From Mobula hypostoma (Eukaryota), in the NCBI RefSeq assembly GCF_963921235.1, contig NC_086109.1:2108001-2172000 (forward strand): a stretch of DNA of 64,000 nucleotides, in the 5' to 3' direction. The position numbers and the translations under genes were made by a program. Each line of letters starts with the position of its first letter. Positions within the stretch are counted from its first letter, which is position 1. The notes below the pieces were generated by a model. The model worked only from the letters and a program-made list of their open reading frames with translations, was not told the DNA's origin and ran no database searches. Below, one piece after another: positions 37,571 to 48,199 of the stretch.

Positions 37571-37622
37571 CCACACGGGCGACCCAGGCGGCAACACATA
37601 GCAGGGACGAGACCATCCACAT
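37571..37622 (-). CDS. Gene A signal-peptide exon MWMVSSLLCVAAWVARV(A)
   Basis: ATG at 37622 with A at -3; 52 nt ending in phase 1 at GTGG|gtaagg; joins V1 in frame (VAGTGDS); CpG-rich context. Confidence 0.8.
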
Positions 37623-37659
37623 CGTGAAGGCGTTTTGTCGATCTGGAGTTTCGGAGAAT

Positions 37660-37730
37660 CTCGGGGAAAAACAGGAAGGGACTTCCGGTTACACCCGGCC
37701 CGCCACTCCCGGAAGAGAAAAGTCAGGAAT
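37660..37730 (-). promoter_or_regulatory. Putative TATA-less promoter of gene A with ETS and GC-box motifs
   Basis: acaggaag (37671), acttccgg (37681; minus-strand CCGGAAGT), ccggaag (37709) and ggcccgcc GC-box-like motif (~37697), 50-95 bp upstream of the ATG. Confidence 0.6.
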
Positions 37731-38364
37731 TCTGTGAGACGACACTTGTCTGTTTAACACATCGACCCGTTGTATCTTTACCCACAGACTTTTTAAATCT
37801 CTCTACCCGACTGTTTCCTCAAACTATTTCCACCCGCTTTGTTGCCCTCACTTCTATCTCAACCCTCACTCCACCACAATCGTCGTCCAGCAGTCTGAGG
37901 ACCAGCCCCGTGTGGCGGTCGGGTTTGCAGGAAATCCGCGGTCAGGGACCGGACCTACACACACACAATCAGAATCAGGTTTAATATCATTGCGTAATTT
38001 GTAGTTTTGCGGCAGCAGTGCAATGCAATACGTTATAAAACTATAAATTACAATAATTATTAAATCACTCGCGAAAAACGGGGGGGGGGGGGAATAGTGA
38101 GTGCCTGGATTCTTGACCATTCAGAAATCTGATGACGGAGGGTAAGAAATTGTTCCTGTAACTTTGAGGAATTCGGTAATGGGAAGGATTCGGAGCCGAG
38201 GAGAGGTGCTGGTTGCCTGAAAGAGACATCTTGTAACCGACTTTCATCCGTGGCTCCAATCACCGCCTCTCCGAGCAGCCAGGGAGGGGGTTTCGTTACG
38301 AGACGTTTCCAACCGCGACAGCTTCTGGGATTCAGACATTCGAACACTGGCTACTGTCAGCAGT

Positions 38365-38570
38365 GATACACAAAATACTGGAGGAACTCAGCAGGCCAGG
38401 CTGCATCTATGGAAAAGAGGACAGTCAACGTTTCGGGCCGAGACCTTCGGCAGGACTAGAGTAAAAAGCTGCAAAATAGATTTAAAAGGCGGGAGAGGGG
38501 TGAAAGGGAGAAAGATGAGCTGATAGGTATGAAACCTGAAGGAGGAAGGATGCAGTAAAGAGTTGGGAAG
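38365..38570 (-). repeat. Penelope-derived repeat; hammerhead core mutated (CUGCCGA)
   Basis: Minus strand agtcctgccgaaggtctcggcccgaaacgttgact. Confidence 0.7.
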
Positions 38571-39214
38571 CCGTGGCGGCGCCAGAGATTTTTTCCTGTT
38601 GGTTCTACAGTGGGGCTGAATTATTCAGTGATGGTGCTGAGAGATGTATTGTGCAAGGCCAGACGCGTGGCGTTCAAGCATTATGTGCCTACTATAAATG
38701 CCTCTGCAGACATCCCACCCTGCAAAAACTGATTTCGGGGAGGTAGCACCATCAATTTGCGGGAGATTCCCGGAACTTCTGAGAGAGGTGGGATGTCTGC
38801 AATAGAGTAGCTCCTTAGCAGCTAGCCAGCTAGTTTAAATAACGTTAGCTATGCTAATGAACGAATGACACCTGTTAAACTCACCTCAACATGTCTTTTA
38901 CAGTCTTAACCCACCATGGGCAATAGAAAAGTCACTGTTGCAAACAGTGCAGCGAGCAACACTGTCATTACTTTTGACCCCTATTAGGCAGGGGTACGCT
39001 TTAGGGTAGTCTGGGGTGAAGTACATTTTATATTTTCTTTTTTTTGGAACACTCTGCCATGGCGCGCTCTCTCTCTCGTGCTCTCGCTTGCTTTTCTCTC
39101 TCTCGCTCTCAAAAAAATTGATTTATGTGATATTGTATATACTTTGCAGGCATCAGGGAGCCACTATTAATATGTGGGAGACTCCCGGAACTTCCGGGAG
39201 AGGTGGGATGTCTG

Positions 39215-39720
39215 CCTCTGTTGATTCACAAGCAACAGCAATTGATAGATCTAATATAGAAGTGAACTGTTACAGTGTCAACAGCATTGGAGACAACCCG
39301 GGCTACACAGAGCATAAACAAACAAACCAACAGAGCATCCGACCCACGTGAATCACGTACCAATCCCGAAATCAGCCTCAAATGCGTGCTTTTGAACTAA
39401 AAAGCACAACACTAACCCACAATGTCCACTGCTATTCACATTACATAGACAGACAATGCCAAAAGATACACGGTTATTAAAGTCAAATAAGGCAAACAAC
39501 AGATATGCAAGGCTTTACCAGGAGTTGGACAAATCATACTCTGACCATGCAATACCTCAATTAATTCGGCTATTGAACTTAAAACAAAAATCAACAGAAT
39601 CACTGCTTGGAAGTCTAAGCAAAACAAATAGGCTTAATAGCAATAAATGTAATATTTTAGTATTTGTAGGAAACATAAGGACTATGAGGTATCTACCACA
39701 AAATAATAATAATAATAATA
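39215..39720 (-). mobile_element. Inverted copy of the 3' subterminal non-coding region of the hAT at 5989-9514
   Basis: Matches the reverse complement of ~8830-9350; both give the spurious peptide ARLYQELDKSYSDHAIPQLIRLLNL. Confidence 0.8.
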
Positions 39721-40349
39721 ATCAGCATTGGTCTAGGCGTAAATTTAAAAAAAATTGTCCATCTTTAACCAGACCAACCTCAGAAAGGCGCTGTCAAAGT
39801 TATACCAACATGTCTCCTGCCCCACTAGAAGCCTGAATATACTTGACCACTGCTACACAGCAGTCAAGGATGCTGACCATCTATGACCACCTCACAGTCC
39901 CATATCGCGGAAAGGCAATTAACCAGAACCTTTCAGCCTCTATCATGGACCTCCAGTGCCGCCGGCCCAGACAGTGGTGAGGTGGTGATGTCATGTGTCA
40001 CATGTGGGACTCTATGCAGGCAATATAACAGTTGCCTTTTCTCTCCACTTCCATCACAGTCGGGGACGCATGTTTGGCACAGCTTTGTGGGCCGAAGGGC
40101 CTGTATTGTGCTGTAGGTTTTCTATGTTTCTATGACACACCCGGTAGCCAGGGTTAGTCCCAGTAACAACATGCCCCTTTCAGGGGATGGGGAGGACTGA
40201 GATTAGTCAGGTCCGTACAGGTAATTTTACTGCTCTCCAGAAAGGGACCCTTGCTCTTCCAGTTGCAGTGACGTTAACTGATCAACAGCCTCGGTTCCAG
40301 CAACAGCCATTTGAACCCTCTCTCAATCATTGGCAGACTAACAACCAAC

Positions 40350-40515
40350 AGGAAATACACAAAAAATGCTGGAGGAATCCAGCAGGCCAGGTAGCATCTA
40401 CCAAAAAAAGTAAAACAGTCGACATTTCGGTGCGAGACCCTTCATTAGGACTGGGGGTAAAAAAGATGAGAAGTTGGAGCAAGAAGGTGGGGGAGGGGAG
40501 GAAGTAGTACAAGGA
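40350..40515 (-). repeat. Penelope-derived repeat; hammerhead core mutated (CUAAUGA)
   Basis: Minus strand cagtcctaatgaagggtctcgcaccgaaatgtcgactg. Confidence 0.7.
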
Positions 40516-40745
40516 TGCTGTCGGTCTCCAAGTACTTGATTTAAGACTGTTATTGTGTGTTTCTGATTGACATACAGAGTGAATTGCCCAGCTGTATCTG
40601 GGATTCTTAATGCACGTGTCACCTTTAAAGTTTCAAATGCATCCAGCTGTTCCTCAGAAAGAATCACAGGATCGTCTGCGCACTTCCTGTGCTTCAGCAG
40701 GTTGTTGAGTGGTTGAAGAATGGTCAATGAATCTGCCACTAGCCT
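40515..40745 (-). pseudogene. Retrovirus-like pol fragment (RT connection/RNase H-like region)
   Basis: EQLDAFETLK..ALRIPDTAGQFTLYV...VLNQVLGDRQHP resembles class I ERV 'AF..LK..L..P....F.LFV.....VLTQ..GD..RP'. Confidence 0.5.
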
Positions 40746-41900
40746 GTCAATACATCATTTAGCAATCATTTCATCCTTTCACTGCTACGGGCGGAAGTTC
40801 CCACTTGCTTCAAAATGGCAGCAATTATACCAGTGCCTAAGAAGAATAATGACTTAATGACTATCGCCCGGTAGTACTCACATCTACAGTGATGAAATGC
40901 TTTGAGAGGGGTTGGTCATGACTAGATGGAACTCCTGCCTCAGCAAGGACCTGGACCCACTGCAATCTATCTATCGCCACAATAGGTCAATGGCAGATGC
41001 ATCCTCAATGGCTCTCCACACGACTTTAGACCACCTGGACAACACAAGCACCTACATCAGGATGCTGTTCATTGACGGTAGCTCAGCATTTAATACCATC
41101 ATTCCCACAATCCTGACTGAGAATTTGCAGAACTTGGGCCTCTGTATCTCCCTCTGCAATTGGATCCTCGACTTCCTAACCAGAAGACCACAAACTGTGC
41201 GGATTAGTGGTAATATATCCTCCTCGCTGATGATAAATAAGGGCGCACCTCAGGGGAGTGTGCTTAACCCACTGCTCTACTCTCTATATACACATGACTG
41301 TGTGACTAGGCAAAGCTCAAATACCATCTATAAATTTGCTGACAGTACAACCATTGTTGGTAGAATCTCAGGTGGCGAAGAGAGGACGTACAGGAGTGAG
41401 ATATACCAACTAGTGGAGTGGTGTCGCAGCAACAGCCTGGCACTCAATGTCAGTAAGATGAAAGAGCTGATTGTGGACTTCAGGAAGGATAAGACAAAGG
41501 AACACATACCAATCCTCATAGAGGGACAAATGTGGAGAGAGTGGGCATCTTCAAGTTCCTGGGTGTCAAGATCTCTGAGGATCTAACCTGGTCCCAACAT
41601 ATCGATGTAGTTATAAAGAAGGCAAGACAGTGACTATACTTTGTTAGGAGTTTGAAGAGATTTGGCATGTCAACAAATACACTCAAAAACTACAATAGTT
41701 GTACCGTGGAGAGCATTCTGACAGGCTGTATCACTGCCGTATGGAGGGGCTACAGCACAGGACCGAAAGGAGCTGCAGAAGGTTACAAATCTAGTCAGAT
41801 CCATCTTGGGCATTAACTTACAAAGTACCCAGGACATCTTTAGGGAGCGGTAGCTGAGAAAGGCAGCGTCCATTATTAAGGACCCCTAGAACCCAGGGCA
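40745..41900 (+). mobile_element. Rex1/Babar-type LINE, RT region
   Basis: 224-aa ORF 40912..41586: YIRMLFIDGSSAFNTIIP, GAPQGSVLNPLLYSLYT, KFADSTT. Confidence 0.88.
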
Positions 41901-42179
41901 CGGGGCTTCCCAGACGGAGCGACAGCAGTCACATCACCACCATCATCCTCCCAAGGCGTCACTGGCTGGCTATGCTTTCACGTTTTGTTTTTCGTTTTGA
42001 GATTTCATACAAAGCATATCCATTGATCCACAGTGTTCTTTCGCTCATTGGGTTAATGCAGAGATTTGCTCTTCAAATTTTTCACTGTCTCTAACATGCT
42101 GGTTTTAGAGTTTTATGCATGTTTGGTGTACCTTTCGATTAAAAATAACTTCACTCACCTCGTTAACTTTCAATCGGCC

Positions 42180-42400
42180 ACACATTTTACTCAGCTTATT
42201 TTATCTATACCATTCACCCTTTCTACTAAGCCTGCCGACTGAGGATGGGAGCGACAATGGAAATGTTGATCAATCTCTGAGGCCTTACATACTTCTCCCA
42301 TTACCTTCCCATAATGTGTGTACCGTTGTCGCGAGATGGTTTCCAAGGTATCCTGAACCTCAGGATGAATCACTTCCAAAATCTAGGTAATGATAAAACC
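42180..42400 (-). pseudogene. ERV-like integrase core fragment
   Basis: PRF..PEV....HYGKVMGEVCKASEIDQHFHCRSHPQSAGLVERVNG. Confidence 0.65.
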
Positions 42401-42749
42401 TAGAAGATTATAAGGCTAGCAGGAAGGAGCTTAAGAATGAAATTAGGAGAGCCAGAAGGGGCCATGAGAAGGCATTGGTGGACAAGATTAAGGAAAACCC
42501 CAAGGCATTCTACAAGTATATGAAGAGCAAGAGCATTCAGATGTGAGAGAATAGGACCAATCAAGTGTGACAGTGGAAAAGTGGGTATGGAACCGGAGGA
42601 GGTAGTGGAGGTACTTAATGAATACTTTGCTTCAGTATTCATGGTGGAAAAGTATCTTGGTGATTGTAGGGATGACGTGCAGTGCACAGAAAAGTTTGAG
42701 AGTGTAGATATTAAGGAAGAAGATGGGCTGGAGCTGTTGGAAAGCATCA

Positions 42750-45384
42750 CATTTCCATTATCTTTAAATAAACTAACTGACAATGTGGTGATCAAACACA
42801 CTTTGAGGATTTGGTTTCGAAAATATTTTGGTTTATTGTGATTCTCCCTGTCAAGTCCCAACTTTTCTAATTGTTTTTAATACCATCTTTAATTGACTTA
42901 TCGTTTAAAGAATGAGATAGATTGGGTATTAAACAACTTCAAGATTTTTTTGATGGAGGGAATCGCTCTTCTTTTGTCCAACTTTCAATGAAATTTAACC
43001 TTTCCAATACCCACTTTTTTCCATACTTACAGATTACAGATTACAGATTTTTTAAGATTTCAATCACAAACATTTCCTACATCCAGATAAGAATATAATA
43101 GATACAATTTTTAATCTGAAACCCTTTGACAATGGTTCAATATCTTACATTTACGGTCTGCTGTTGGGACTGAAAAAGGCCTCTTTAGATAAAATTAAAG
43201 GAGATTGGGAAAAGGATTTGCAGATTTTCATATCTGAAGAAAGCTGGAAGATTATTTTAAAATTGATTAATTCTTCATCATTATGCGCTCGTCATTCTTT
43301 ATTACAATTCAAAGCGGTACATAGAGTTCATATGTCTAAAGACAAGCTCTCTTGTTTCTATGTGGATATTTCTCCCTACTGTGATAGATGTACTAATGGA
43401 GTGGCCACACCAATTCATATGTTTTGGATATGTCCGAACCTTGAAAAATATTGGAAAGATGTATTTCAAACTTCTTCTGTACTTTTCAATAAAGTTTTAA
43501 GCCCGATCCCTTGTGACTGCCATGTTTGGTATTGTTGAGGATAATACTACAAAACTGAAGCCATCCAGTTTGCGGATATTGGTCTTTATGTCTCTTATGG
43601 CCAGGAGGGTGATCTTGCTCGAGTGGAAGGAGGCCGCCCCGCCCACTCATGCTCAATGGCTATCTGACGTTATGTTATGCGTTGATTTAGAGAAGATTCG
43701 TTGTTCGATTTCTGATTCTAAATGTGATTTTCTAATGTCATGGGGACCCTTTCTGAGTTATTTTCATACTCTTTGAACTCTTATTAAAGTATGGATCTGT
43801 GCCATTATTATTATAATATTATATGGTCAGGTAGTTTTTTTAACCAACCAGCTCATTTTGGTAGTGGGGGTAGATGTTTTAAATAAAATACAACTATTAT
43901 TTTATCTCATTTTATAATTCAACCTTTTTTTTCTACATGATTGATTTGGAATATGGGATACTGTGATCATATTACTGTGATTTAAATGAATATAATTTGT
44001 ATTACTTGTTCCTTATGAATTTTTGTATTCGTATTTATGCAATTTATATAATAATACAAATAATTTAGATTATTAGATGATGAGGATATGCAGTCCTCTT
44101 TTATTGTCATTTAGTAATTCATGCATTAAGAAATGATACAATATTCCTCCGGTGTGATATCGCAGAAACACAGGACAGACCAAGACTGAAAAACTAAGAA
44201 AAACCACATAATTATAACATACAGTTACAACAGTGCAAGAATACCATAACTTAATGAAGAACAGGCCATGGCACAGTAAAAAAGTTCAAAGTCTCTTGAA
44301 TGTCCCAAATCCCATGCAGACGGGAGAAGGAAGAAAACTCTCCCTGCCATGCCCGACCACAGTCCAACTCTGAGTCGTCCGAAAACTGCGAGCTCTGATC
44401 AGCCCTCCGACACTGAGTACCGAGAACCATCTCTGCCAAATGGTTCGACCTCAGCCTCGGCCGCCAGCAGCAGGCAAAGCCGGGGATTTTGGGGCCTTCC
44501 CTCCGGAGATTCTCGATCACACAGTAGCAGCGGCAGCAAACCGGGCATTTCAGAAATTTCTCCAGATGTTCCTCTGCTTCTCACGTCTGTCTCCATCAAA
44601 TCACAATTGTGCACGGCATCCTACTTACAGATACGATATCATTTCACCGGGGAGCTGCGTGCGCTGCGTTGTGCTGCCATCTTCTCCTCCCATACTCTTG
44701 AGGAGAGGAGAAGCTGGTTCGAGGTAGCTTGCAGCGGCCACTCCGGTGGTGATGTCTGTTATTTGTCAAGTAGGGTGCCGTGCACAATCTTGATTTGATG
44801 GAGACGGACATGAGAGCATGGAGGAACATCTGGTGAAACTTCTGAAATGCCTGCTTTGCTGCTGCTGCTACTGTGTGGTCCACAATCTCCGGAGGGGAAG
44901 GCCCCGAGTCCTCGGCTTTGCTTGTTGCTCGGCGGCCGGGGCAGGGTCAAAGCGATCAGCAGAGGATGGTGCTCGGTGCTCGGTGTTGAAGGGCTGGTTG
45001 GAGGCTCGAAGTTTTCGGACGGACTCAGAGTCTGCTGCGGTCGGGTGCTTCCAATGGTGCTGCATCGGCAAGTTTGCGGTGCTTGGAGGTTCATGGCAGG
45101 GAGGGTTTCTCCCTTCTACCATCTGCGTGAGATGAGGCTATCGGGAGTTTGAGACTTTTTTTTATCATGCCCATGGTCTCTGCTCTTATCAAATTATGGT
45201 ATTGCTTTGCACTGTTGTAACTGTATGTTTCATTATGTGGTTTTGTCAGTTTTAGTCTTGGTTTGTCCTGTATTTCTTGTGACATCATTCTGGAGGAACA
45301 TTGTATCATTTTTTTATGCATGCATTTCTAAATGACAATAAACGAGGACTGAGTGTCCTCATAATCGAAAAAAAAATTGAAAGA
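42750..45384 (+). mobile_element. 5'-truncated L1-clade LINE with an 11-bp TSD
   Basis: ORFs 43164..43776 are the L1 ORF2 C-terminus (QFKAVHR...CDRC...HMFWICP...YW). TSD ggaaagcatca at 42739-42749 and 45385-45395, with an A-rich tail before the right copy. Confidence 0.85.
44065..45366. repeat. Long imperfect inverted repeat (two head-to-head copies of one element) in the L1 tail
   Basis: 44075 tgaggatatgcagtcctcttttattgtcatttag pairs with 45330-45366 ctaaatgacaataaacgaggactgagtgtcctca. Similarity continues inwards to ~44630/44765. Confidence 0.85.
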
Positions 45385-46941
45385 GGAAAGCATCAGGTTG
45401 GATAAGTCACCGGGACTGGATGGGATGTACCCCAGGCTACTGTGGGAAGTGAGGGAGGAGATTGCTGAGCCTCTGGCAAATATCTTCGCATCATCAATGA
45501 GGACAGGACAGGTTCTGGAAGATTGGAGGTTTGTGGATGTTGTTCCCTTATTCAAGAAAGGGAGTAGAGATAGCCCAGGAAATTATAAGCAAGTGAGTCT
45601 AACTTCAGTGGTTGGTAAGTTGATGGAAAAGATCCTGAGAGGCAGGATTTATGAACGTTTCGAGAGGCATAATAGGATTAGGAACAGTCCGCATGGGTTT
45701 GTCAAAGGCAGGTCGTCCCTTACGAGCCTGATTGAATTTTTTGAGGATGTGACTAACCACATTGATGAAGGTATAGTCGTAGATGTAGTGTATTTGGATT
45801 TTAGCAAGGCATTTGATAAGGTACCCTATGCAAGGCTTATTGAGAAAGTAAGGAGGCATGGGATACAAGGGGACATAGCTTTGTGGATCCAGAACTGGCT
45901 TGCCCACAGAAGGCAAAGAGTGGTTGTAGATGTGTCATATCTGCATGGAGACCGATGACCAGTGGTGTGCCTCAAAGATCTGTTCTGGGACGCCTACTCT
46001 TGTTGATTTTTATAAGTGACCTGGATGAGGAAGTGAAGGGATGGGTTAGTAAATTTGCTGATGACACAAATGTTGGGGCTGTTGTGGAGGGCTGTCAGAG
46101 GTTACAACGGGACAGTGATAGGATACAAAACTGGGCTGAGAAGTGGCAGATGGAGTTCAACCCAGATGTGTGAGGTGGTTCATTTTGGTAGGTCAAATAT
46201 GATGACAGAATATAGCGTTAATGGTAAGACTCCTGGCAGTGTGGAGCATCAGAGGGCTTTTGCGGTCCGAGTCCATAGGACACTCAAAGCTGCTGTGCAG
46301 GTTGACTCTGTGGTTAAGAAGTCATGTGGTGCATTGGCCTTCATCAATTGTGGGATTGAGTTTAAAAGCTGAGAGGTAATGTTGCAACTATATAAGTCCC
46401 TGGTCTACCCCACTTGGAGTACTGTGCTCAATTCTGGTCGCCTCACTACAGGAAGGACCTGGAAACCAAAGAAAAGGTGCAGAGGAGACTTACAAGGATG
46501 TTGACTGTATTCAGGAGCATGCCTTATGAGAATAGGTTGAGTGAACTCGGCCTCTTCTCCTTGGAACGACAGAGGATGAGAGGTGACCTGATAGAGATAA
46601 TGAGATGCGTTGATCGTGTGAATAGTCAGAGGCTTTTCCCCAGGGCTGAAATGGCTAGCATGAGAGGGCATAGTTTTAAGGTGCTTGGAAGGAGGTACAG
46701 AGGAGATGTCAGGGGTAAGTTTTTTTATGCAGAGAGTGGTGAGTGCGTGGAATGGGCTGCTGGCAATGGTGGTGGAGGCAGAAACGAAAGGGTCTTTTCA
46801 GAGATTCCTGGATGAATACATGGGAGCTTAGAAAAATAGAGGGCTATGGGTTAAGCCTAGGTAGTTCTAAGGTAGGGACATGTTCAGCATAGCTTTGTGT
46901 TTGAAGGGCTTATATTGTGCTGTATGTTTTCTATGTTTCTA

Positions 46942-47240
46942 TTAAACAGTTAGCTTCTGTGACTGTATGATTCTTTCGAAAAAAGAAATGCGTCAACCCA
47001 CCATGAAAAAGCACTCAGAATGACCAATACGTATGTATATCCTTCGCACGTAGGTAATTCTGCAGTCTCCATCTGTAAATGCACGAACAATCCATTGGAG
47101 GGTGGTGTATGAGATCCTCCCACCTTCACTGGTTTTTCTAGATTTTGTAAAGTACATTTCAAACATTTAAAACCTGATTTACTGTTTGTGATAAACCATG
47201 GACATATCATGTTTGATTGACACAATCCATCAAACTCCTC
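46942..47240 (-). pseudogene. ERV-like integrase N-terminal zinc finger and start of the core
   Basis: W...KCLKCTLQNLEK...GLFVHLQMETAELPTCEGYTYVLVILSAFSWWVDAF. Confidence 0.65.
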
Positions 47241-47869
47241 TTCAACCTGGGGGAAAGACTTCCAGCCGAGTCATGGCTCTCTGATATATGCACATTATGT
47301 CCCTCGGGAGTGCAGGTAATTGTAGCTCTCATTTTACATAATAAATCTCGTCCATGTAGGTTTATGTCAGTTTCTGAATAGCTTTTTCTAAACAGTATCT
47401 GGGCCAAGCAGTTCTTATACCATGCCCCGTAATTCCCTTTCCATCCAAGATCGTCATACTTCACTTGGTTCCTTATCTGCTTGTCTTTCTGCAGGTTTCC
47501 ATATACCGTACTCAAGGTCCACCACCACAATGTTGCACCAACACTATTAGCAAAGCACTCGGTAAAATTTTGTTCCAGACAATAGAATACCATTTTGTTA
47601 CTACAAGTATATTTCCATAGTGCAATATTTATAAGCATACCTCTTTTGAATTACTCTCACTGCAACCTGCAGCATGCAATTTACCTTTAAGCAATGTAAT
47701 TTTAGATTGGATTTAATGAACTACAGATTTCACAACCTTCTAAAGGACTTGGAGACTTAACTCTCAAGCTGGCAGGTATGGAACCATTAAGTGGGTGAAG
47801 GTTAATTTCAGTGGCTGGAAGCTAGGCAGGTGGGTGGCACTCCAAGCCAGGCTGAAACACAAAGGAATG

Positions 47870-48100
47870 AGACCCCCACAAAATGCTGGAAGAACTCGGC
47901 AGGCCAGGCTGCATCTATGGAAAAGAGTACAGTCAACATTTCGAGCTGAAACCCTTCAGCAAGATTATGTGAAGGGTCTCAGCCCAAAACGTCGACAACT
48001 CTTTTCCACAGATGCTGCCTGGCCTGCTGAGTTCCTCCAGCATTTTGTGTGTGTGTTACTTGCATTTCCAGTATCTGCAGATTTTGTCTTCTTTGGGAAT
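47870..48100. repeat. Palindromic Penelope-derived repeat with two opposed, decayed hammerhead regions
   Basis: aaatgctggaagaactcggcaggccaggctgcatct ... agatgctgcctggcctgctgagttcctccagcatttt. Confidence 0.7.
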
Positions 48101-48199
48101 GAGACTCCCTTGACCCAGCATCTTGTTAGCAAATCTCTAGTTGCTGGAGAACAAAATTGAGTAGCTGAGGGCTGTATTCTGTATTGGAGGTAAATGTGA

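Larger units (their letters stand above)
42400..46941 (+). mobile_element. CR1 (42400-42749 and 45385-46941) interrupted by an L1 insertion and itself splitting the ERV integrase
   Basis: KENPKAFYKYM...ELLESI|ESIRLDKSPGLDG continuity; RT ORF 45377..45958; tail ttttctatgtttctat at ~46927-46941. Confidence 0.88.

Noticed and set aside
47207-47638. 143-aa minus-strand ORF as retroviral env or an accessory gene
   Set aside because: Only its 3' end fits the integrase-proximal pol; the rest has no motif I recognise.
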